A stretch of 64,000 nt of DNA, taken from assembly GCA_016719885.1 (NCBI GenBank), contig JADJYF010000001.1:414150-478149 (forward strand). The letters are read 5' to 3'. Numbering within the stretch: position 1 is the stretch's first letter; every line of letters starts with the position of its first letter. Both the position numbers and the translations under genes were made by a program. Source of the stretch: Pseudomonadota bacterium. GTDB lineage: Bacteria; Pseudomonadota; Gammaproteobacteria; Ga0077536. Below, one piece after another: positions 54,858 through 61,689 of this stretch. The notes under the pieces were generated by a model. The model had not been told where the DNA came from. It saw nothing but the letters and a program-made list of their open reading frames with translations, and ran no database searches.

Positions 54858-57317
54858 ATGAATTCCATCGCTTCGATACTGGCAGCCGCGGAAGCGGGGC
54901 AGACTCCGGATGATGCGCAGGCCCTGCGGCTGGCCGAATGCGCCGAACTCGGGCCCTTGATGGCGAGCGCCGCACGGCTGCGCGACCAGGGCTTCGGCAA
55001 TGGCGTGACCTATTCGCGCAAGATTTTCATTCCGCTTACGCAGCTGTGTCGCGACGTGTGTCATTACTGCACCTTCGCCCAGGCGCCGAAGCGCGTCACC
55101 GAGCCCTACATGAGCATCGAGGCGGTGGTGGCCTTGGCGCGCGAAGGTCAGCGCCTCGGTTGCAAGGAGGCGCTGTTCACGCTCGGCGAACGGCCGGAGT
55201 TGCGCTACAAGACCGCGCGCGACGCGCTGGCGCGCATGGGCTTCGGCTCGACACTGGAATATCTGCGCGCGGCGGCCGAGGCGGTGTTCAGCGAGACCGG
55301 CCTGTTGCCGCACATGAACCCCGGCACCATGACGCTCGCCGAATGCGAAATGCTGCGCGAGGTGTCGCCGAGCATGGGCATCATGCTGGAGTCGGCGTCG
55401 GAGCGTCTGTGCGCCAAGGGCATGCCGCACCACGGGTCGCCCGACAAGCGGCCGGCGGTGCGCCTCGAAACCCTGCGCAACGCCGGTCGCGCGCGTATCC
55501 CCTTTACCAGCGGCATCCTCATCGGCATCGGCGAAACCCGCCGCGAGCGCATCGAAGCGCTGCTGGCGCTGCGCGCCGTGCACGCCGAGTTCGGTCACAT
55601 CCAGGAAATCATCGTGCAGAACTTCCGGGCCAAGCCGGATACGAAAATGCACGACGCGCCGGAGCCCGACCTCGACGACATGCTGTGGACGCTGGCGGTG
55701 GCGCGCATCGTGTTCGGCGCGCACATGAGCATCCAGGCGCCGCCGAACCTGAGCCCGGGCGCGCTGCCCGAATTGGTTAAGGCCGGCATCAACGACTGGG
55801 GCGGTGTGTCGCCGCTGACGCCGGATCATGTGAACCCGGAAGCGCCGTGGCCGCATCTCGACAAGCTTGCCGCCGACACCGCCGCCGCCGGCAAACATCT
55901 CCACGAACGGCTGACCATCTACCCGCAGTACCTGCGCGGTCCGGCGTCATGGGTGGCGCAGCGTTTCGAGACCCCGTTGCTGCAGATGATCGATGCGGAT
56001 GGCTATCCGCGCACCGACGACTGGTCGCCCGGCGAGGACATGACGCCGCCGCCGGCGGTGGTGGAGGCGATCTCGCGGCGTCCGGCCCGCGTGTCGAGCG
56101 ACGTGGCCGCCATCCTCGCGCGCTGCGAGGCCGGCAAGCTCATCGACGAAAACGACATCGTCAGGTTGTTCCGCGCGCGCGGCGATGATTTCAGCGCCGT
56201 GTGCCAGGCCGCCGATCGCATTCGTCAGCGTGAGAACGGCGACGTGGTGAGCTTCGTCGTCAATCGCAACATCAATTACACCAATGTCTGCTATTTCAAG
56301 TGCCAGTTCTGCGCCTTCTCCAAGGGCAAACTGTCGGAGAACCTGCGCGGCTCGCCCTACGATCTCGATCACGACGAGATCAAGCGCCGCGTGCTGGAGG
56401 CTTGGGAGCGTGGCGCGACCGAGGTGTGCATGCAGGGCGGCATACACCCGCAGTACACCGGCGACACCTACATCGCCATTCTCGACGCAGTGAAGGACGC
56501 CGTGCCGGACATGCACATCCACGCGTTCTCGCCGCTGGAAGTGTGGCAGGGCGCGGCGACCCTGAAGCTGCCGCTGCGCGATTACCTTACGCGCCTCAAG
56601 GACGCCGGTCTCGGCACCTTGCCGGGCACCGCCGGCGAGATCCTCGACGACGAAGTGCGCGCCATCATTTGCCCGGACAAGATCAACACCGCGCAGTGGT
56701 TCGAAGTGATGCGCGCCGCGCACGAGGTCGGATTTCGTACCACCTCGACCATCATGTATGGACACGTCGACAGGCTCGAGCATTGGGCGCGTCACCTGTT
56801 GCGGGTGCGCGACCTGCAGCGCGAGACCGGTGGCTTCACCGAATTCGTGCCGCTGCCCTTCGTGCACATGGAAGCGCCGCTGTATCTCAAGGGCCGCGCG
56901 CGCAAGGGCCCGACCTTCCGCGAATGCGTGCTGATGCATGCGGTGGCGCGACTCGCCCTGCATCCGCATATCCGCAACGTGCAGACTTCGTGGGTCAAAA
57001 TGGGGCACGCGGGCGTGCGCGCCTGCCTCAATGCCGGTGCCAATGATCTGGGCGGCACGCTCATGAACGAGAGCATCACGCGCGCGGCCGGCGCCAGCCA
57101 TGGCCAGGAGACCTCGCCGGAAGAAATGATGGCGATGATCACGGCCTGCGAGCGCACGCCGCGACAGCGCTCGACGGCCTACGAGGCTGTGTCCGACGAG
57201 CGCATCGCCGCCGGGCGCGACGCCGCCGAACTCGCCGAAATCGTCAACACCCCGGCGCGCAAGTACGAACGCGCCGAGCGCCGCGAGCTGCTGCGTTCGC
57301 GTGTCGAGGTCGGCTGA
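54858..57317 (+). CDS. fbiC: Bifunctional Fo synthase (7,8-didemethyl-8-hydroxy-5-deazariboflavin synthase, fused CofG-CofH)
   Basis: 819 aa with two radical-SAM Cx3Cx2C clusters (CRDVCHYCTF in the N-terminal half; CYFKCQFCAF in the C-terminal half), exactly as in fused FbiC. Confidence 0.88.
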   Translation: MNSIASILAAAEAGQTPDDAQALRLAECAELGPLMASAARLRDQGFGNGVTYSRKIFIPLTQLCRDVCHYCTFAQAPKRVTEPYMSIEAVVALAREGQRLGCKEALFTLGERPELRYKTARDALARMGFGSTLEYLRAAAEAVFSETGLLPHMNPGTMTLAECEMLREVSPSMGIMLESASERLCAKGMPHHGSPDKRPAVRLETLRNAGRARIPFTSGILIGIGETRRERIEALLALRAVHAEFGHIQEIIVQNFRAKPDTKMHDAPEPDLDDMLWTLAVARIVFGAHMSIQAPPNLSPGALPELVKAGINDWGGVSPLTPDHVNPEAPWPHLDKLAADTAAAGKHLHERLTIYPQYLRGPASWVAQRFETPLLQMIDADGYPRTDDWSPGEDMTPPPAVVEAISRRPARVSSDVAAILARCEAGKLIDENDIVRLFRARGDDFSAVCQAADRIRQRENGDVVSFVVNRNINYTNVCYFKCQFCAFSKGKLSENLRGSPYDLDHDEIKRRVLEAWERGATEVCMQGGIHPQYTGDTYIAILDAVKDAVPDMHIHAFSPLEVWQGAATLKLPLRDYLTRLKDAGLGTLPGTAGEILDDEVRAIICPDKINTAQWFEVMRAAHEVGFRTTSTIMYGHVDRLEHWARHLLRVRDLQRETGGFTEFVPLPFVHMEAPLYLKGRARKGPTFRECVLMHAVARLALHPHIRNVQTSWVKMGHAGVRACLNAGANDLGGTLMNESITRAAGASHGQETSPEEMMAMITACERTPRQRSTAYEAVSDERIAAGRDAAELAEIVNTPARKYERAERRELLRSRVEVG

Positions 57318-57394
57318 GCGGCCGCCATCATTGGCCCGGCCGTGAGTGCCGGGCCACTCATAATCATGCCTGATTGCATCCTCGGGGGAGGGGA

Positions 57395-58621
57395 ATGATG
57401 GCTGCCTTACCCAACCACATACTCAATGGCTTCCGCGTGCTGGACATGACCCATGTGCTCGCCGGCCCGACCGCGTCGCGGCTCATGGCGGAGATGGGCG
57501 CCGAGGTCATCAAGGTCGAGTTTCCGCCACTCGGCGACGTGGCGCGCATGTTGCCGGCGCACAAGAACGGGCGCAGCGCCTATTACACCCAGCAGAATCG
57601 CGGCAAGTTCAGCATATGCCTGAACGCCAAGACGTCGGAAGGCCGTGCGATCATCACGGACCTGCTGAAGACCGCCGATGTGTTCATCGAGAATTTCGCC
57701 CCGGGCGTGATTGGCCGCATGGGCTTTTCCTGGGACGAGGTGCACAAGATCAACCCGCGCCTGGTGATGTGCTCGATCTCGGCTTTCGGTCAGAGTGGGC
57801 CGCTGTCGTCACTGCCGGGCTTTGACTACATCGCCCAGGCCTACAGCGGCGTGATGGGCATGATCGGCGACCCCGATGGCGCGCCGTCATTTCCGATGGT
57901 GAGCATGGGCGACATCTCGACCGGTGTGCACGCCGCCGCCGCCATCGGCTTCGCGCTGCTGCACCGCGAGCGGGGCGGCGAGGGCCAGTATCTCGACATC
58001 TCGCTGCTCGACGCCTACACCGGCTACCACGAGCTCAATATCCACCTGTACAGCCTCACCAACGGCGAGGTCGAGCCGACCCGCGCCGGCAGCCAGCATT
58101 TCGCGGTCTGCCCGCTGGGCCTGTTCAAGACCCGCGAAGGCTATGTCTGCATCATCGCGCTGCAAAACCAGTGGGCACCGCTGTGCCGCGCCATCGGACG
58201 CCCGGAGTTGGCCGACGACCCACGCTACAACGACAACGCCAAGCGCGTGGCCCGTGCCAGCGACGTGATCGGCATCCTGCAGGCCTGGTGTGACGCGCAG
58301 CCCGATGACGCCGCCATCCTCGCCGCCCTCGAAGCCGAGCGTGTGCCCTGCGCGCCGGTGCTGCGTATCGGCCAGGTGGTGAGCCATCCGCATATGCTGG
58401 AACGGGGCACGGTGCGCGTGGTGAAGGACCCCAAGCTCGGCGAGGTGCTGATGCCCGGCATGCCGCTGCGTTTTTCCGGTTTCGAGCACAACCAGCCGCT
58501 GGAGGCCGCTTTTCTCGGCCAGCACAACGAGGCGGTGCTGACCGGGATGCTCGGCTACGACGCCGCGCGCATCGAAGCGCTGCGCGCCGCCGGCGTGCTT
58601 CATTCGAATGCCGACACCTGA
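57395..58621 (+). CDS. Family III CoA-transferase (CaiB/BaiF)
   Basis: LNGFRVLDMTHVLAGPTASRLMAEMGAEVIKVE and the catalytic Asp region; RBS ggaggg upstream. Confidence 0.85.
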   Translation: MMAALPNHILNGFRVLDMTHVLAGPTASRLMAEMGAEVIKVEFPPLGDVARMLPAHKNGRSAYYTQQNRGKFSICLNAKTSEGRAIITDLLKTADVFIENFAPGVIGRMGFSWDEVHKINPRLVMCSISAFGQSGPLSSLPGFDYIAQAYSGVMGMIGDPDGAPSFPMVSMGDISTGVHAAAAIGFALLHRERGGEGQYLDISLLDAYTGYHELNIHLYSLTNGEVEPTRAGSQHFAVCPLGLFKTREGYVCIIALQNQWAPLCRAIGRPELADDPRYNDNAKRVARASDVIGILQAWCDAQPDDAAILAALEAERVPCAPVLRIGQVVSHPHMLERGTVRVVKDPKLGEVLMPGMPLRFSGFEHNQPLEAAFLGQHNEAVLTGMLGYDAARIEALRAAGVLHSNADT

Positions 58622-58675
58622 TTTCACCTTCGCCTGCAGAGGTTCGGACTGGCCTGATGATAGTCATGTACATCG

Positions 58676-60352
58676 TTGAAAAAACGATTTAAATTACAGT
58701 ATGAAAAGCTCGGGGTTTGGGCTGTTGGGGGACGAGTGCTAAGAGCATTGCTATTGGCGTGCGCCGTCTCGGCGTGTGGGGGGCAATCCGTCTGGGCGGA
58801 AGAGGCTCCACCTTTGAAAATCGTCGTCAAGACCTACAAGGTCGAGGGCGACAATCCCATTGGCGCTGCCGCCAGTGAGGCGCTGGCGCCGTTCGTCGGC
58901 GAGTTCGATGGCCTCGAACCGCTGTACGCCGCCAAGGATGCCATCAACGCCGCGCTCGCGAGCGGCGGATACCGCTTCTACCGCGCCGTGCTGCCGCCGC
59001 AGGACATCGTCGACGGCGTGGTCACCATCAAGATACTCGCGCTGCCGATCGGCAAGGTGGTGGTGGAAGGCAACAAGCGCGTGTCGGCCGCGGCGGTGGA
59101 GCGCAGCGTGCGCGCCCTGAAGACCGGCGAAGTGCCGAATACCGCCGAAGTGTCGCGTTCGCTGGCGGTTGTCAACGAACATCCCTCGAAGAAAGTGCAG
59201 GTCAATTTCCGCGAGAGCGAGGAGACGCCTGACACCCTCGACGCCGTGCTCAAGGTCGCGGAAGAAAAGCCGTGGTCGGTGTTCGCGCAGATCAACAACA
59301 TCGGCAGTGCCGGGGACGGCGCCTCCGATGTCGCCGCTGGTGGTACCGCTGGCACCGGCCGCACCCGTCTCACCATGGGTGGCCAGTACGACAACCTCAC
59401 GCGTCACGACGACGTGCTGCAAGGCTCGGTCACGACCTCGCCCGAGAACGCCGAAAACGTCCTGCAATACGCCAGTTCCTATCAACTGCCCATCTATCGT
59501 TTGAACGGTTGGCTGACCGGCTTCTACGTCCATTCGGAAGTCGACGTCGACGGCGTGCAGGGCGGCATCTTCGATATCCAGGGCGCCGGCACCTTCTACG
59601 GCCTCAGCTTCAAACACCAGTTGGTGAACATCGGTCGCTACAAGCACAGCTATACGCTGGGCGTGCAGGACCGCCTGTTCGACACCGCCATCTTCACTTC
59701 AGCCAACGGCCTGCGCCTGACGGCGCTCAGCACCAAGGTGCGCAGCCGACCATTCTCGGGACGCTACGACGGCTCCTACTCCTGGTCCAGCACCAGCGTC
59801 GATTTCTACTGGGATGTCAGCCACAACATCGAGGCCGGTAATCACAACAACGCCACGGACTACGCGCTGGTGCGGGCGCCGGCCACGCCGGATTTCACCG
59901 TCGGCCATTTCGGCGCGCTGGTCACGCAACGCCTGCCGCGCGGCTTTGCCGCGCTGGGCCGCATGACCGCCCAGTTGACCGGCCAGGCACTCATCCCCGG
60001 CGAGCAGTTGGGCGCGGGCGGCGTGCACTCGGTGCGTGGCTTCGAAGAACGCACCATCGCCGGCGACAAGGGCGTGATCCTCAATTTCGAATTGTGGTCG
60101 CCGCCGGTCAAACGCCTGCTCGACGCTCGTTTCCTCGGCTTTATCGATGTCGGTCACAAAGCGCTGATCGATCCGGTGGTGGGGCAGCGCCAGAACGATA
60201 CGATTTCCAGTATCGGTCTGGGCGCGAGGTGGCAATGGCGCAAACAGCTGTCGCTGGCTATCGACTATGGACTGCCGCTCGCGAGCGCGGACGGCGAGGC
60301 ATCGGATCGGGGCAATTCGAAATGGCATCTAGACCTTACCTACCGTTATTGA
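58676..60352 (+). CDS. Two-partner-secretion outer-membrane transporter (TpsB; ShlB/FhaC/HecB family)
   Basis: Signal peptide, POTRA region and a 16-strand Omp85-type barrel ending ...KWHLDLTYRY (C-terminal aromatic). Confidence 0.85.
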   Translation: MKKRFKLQYEKLGVWAVGGRVLRALLLACAVSACGGQSVWAEEAPPLKIVVKTYKVEGDNPIGAAASEALAPFVGEFDGLEPLYAAKDAINAALASGGYRFYRAVLPPQDIVDGVVTIKILALPIGKVVVEGNKRVSAAAVERSVRALKTGEVPNTAEVSRSLAVVNEHPSKKVQVNFRESEETPDTLDAVLKVAEEKPWSVFAQINNIGSAGDGASDVAAGGTAGTGRTRLTMGGQYDNLTRHDDVLQGSVTTSPENAENVLQYASSYQLPIYRLNGWLTGFYVHSEVDVDGVQGGIFDIQGAGTFYGLSFKHQLVNIGRYKHSYTLGVQDRLFDTAIFTSANGLRLTALSTKVRSRPFSGRYDGSYSWSSTSVDFYWDVSHNIEAGNHNNATDYALVRAPATPDFTVGHFGALVTQRLPRGFAALGRMTAQLTGQALIPGEQLGAGGVHSVRGFEERTIAGDKGVILNFELWSPPVKRLLDARFLGFIDVGHKALIDPVVGQRQNDTISSIGLGARWQWRKQLSLAIDYGLPLASADGEASDRGNSKWHLDLTYRY

Positions 60353-61689
60353 GCCGCCCGGCGCGGGGCCTGGTCCTGTCGGCGGCGCTGGCGCTGCTGG
60401 CGACGCCGCTGTGGGCGGCCAACAAGGCCGGCGACGTGATGCTCGCCCACGGCGTGGTCAGCGCCCACGTGGCGGGCGGCGCGCCGCACCTGTTGGGCCC
60501 GGGATCAGCGCTCAACGAGGGCGACGTGGTGACCACCGGGCCGCGCAGCGTGGCGCTGCTCAAATTGGCCGACGGCACCAAGATCACCCTGCGTCCCGAG
60601 TCGTCCTTCCAGATTGCGAAGTACGAGGTGGCGGAGAATCGCGAAGAGGGCCTCATGACCCTCTTCAAGGGCGGCCTGCGAGCGGTCACCGGCTTCATGA
60701 GCAAGCGCAATCCGAACGCCATGCGCCTGCGCACCTCGGTGGCAACCATCGGTATCCGCGGCACCGAATTCGACGCGCGCCTGTGCGGCAGCGACTGCAG
60801 CGAGGAAGCGCGGGCCCATTCGACGCCCGCCGGCCGTGCCGGGTTCGTGAAGGGCGATGCCCTGGTGCGCGCGCCAAGCAGCCACGCGCGGCCCTTGAAA
60901 TCCGGCGCGCCGGTCTACAACGGTGACACCGTCATCACCAATGCCGATGCCTTCGCGGTGCTGGTGTTCGCCGACAAGAGCCGCGTGACGCTGATGCCCA
61001 ACACCGAGTTCCGCGTCGAGCGCGTGGAATTCAAGATGGCCGAACCGCAGCGCAGCGAGAGCATCTTCAACCTGCTGCGCGGCGGCTTGCGCGCGGTCAG
61101 TGGCCTGGTCGGCCACAAGGGCCGCGGTACCTACCAGATGCGTACCGCCGTGGCCACGATCGGTATCCGCGGCACCGACTGGACGGCCATGTGCGTGGGG
61201 CCCTGCCAAGCCACGGACCCGAACGCGGCGCCGGGCGGCAATGGCTTCTATTCGCAGGTCAACGAGGGCGCCATCGACGTCAACGGTGGCGAGGTGCAGG
61301 CCGGTGAGACCATATTCGTGGGCAGCACCGGCATGCTGCCGCAGAGCGTGCCGCAACTGCCCGTGCCGATGCCGCCCGATCTGCCGCCGCCAGGTTCGAT
61401 CGAATTCCAGGAACCGCCGCCGGCGCCGACGTCGACCGACCCCGAGAGCGGCCTGTACGTCAGCTGCTATTCCGGTATCTGCGCGGTGCAGACCGAAGAG
61501 AACGAAATCCAGCTCGGCCAAGGCGAGGCCAGCCACGTCGGGAACCAAGGCGGCCCCGCGCAGCAATTGACCGAGGTGCCGCCGTTCCAGGCGGAAGACC
61601 CGATTTTCCATGCTGTCGAGGTCGGCGGACAGCTCGAGCAGTTGAATGAGACGCTGAACAACGGAGGTCTCGAATGCACGGTTCACTGA
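60322..61689 (+). CDS. Secreted tandem FecR-domain protein with Pro-rich linker and Cys-containing C-terminal domain
   Basis: Signal peptide MASRPYLPLLSRPARGLVLSAALALLATPLWA. Two FecR-like repeats (TLFKGGLRAVTGF...TIGIRGTEFD and NLLRGGLRAVSGL...TIGIRGTDW). Linker PVPMPPDLPPPGSIEFQEPPPAPTS. The start is uncertain and overlaps the tpsB 3' end. Confidence 0.65.
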   Translation: MASRPYLPLLSRPARGLVLSAALALLATPLWAANKAGDVMLAHGVVSAHVAGGAPHLLGPGSALNEGDVVTTGPRSVALLKLADGTKITLRPESSFQIAKYEVAENREEGLMTLFKGGLRAVTGFMSKRNPNAMRLRTSVATIGIRGTEFDARLCGSDCSEEARAHSTPAGRAGFVKGDALVRAPSSHARPLKSGAPVYNGDTVITNADAFAVLVFADKSRVTLMPNTEFRVERVEFKMAEPQRSESIFNLLRGGLRAVSGLVGHKGRGTYQMRTAVATIGIRGTDWTAMCVGPCQATDPNAAPGGNGFYSQVNEGAIDVNGGEVQAGETIFVGSTGMLPQSVPQLPVPMPPDLPPPGSIEFQEPPPAPTSTDPESGLYVSCYSGICAVQTEENEIQLGQGEASHVGNQGGPAQQLTEVPPFQAEDPIFHAVEVGGQLEQLNETLNNGGLECTVH

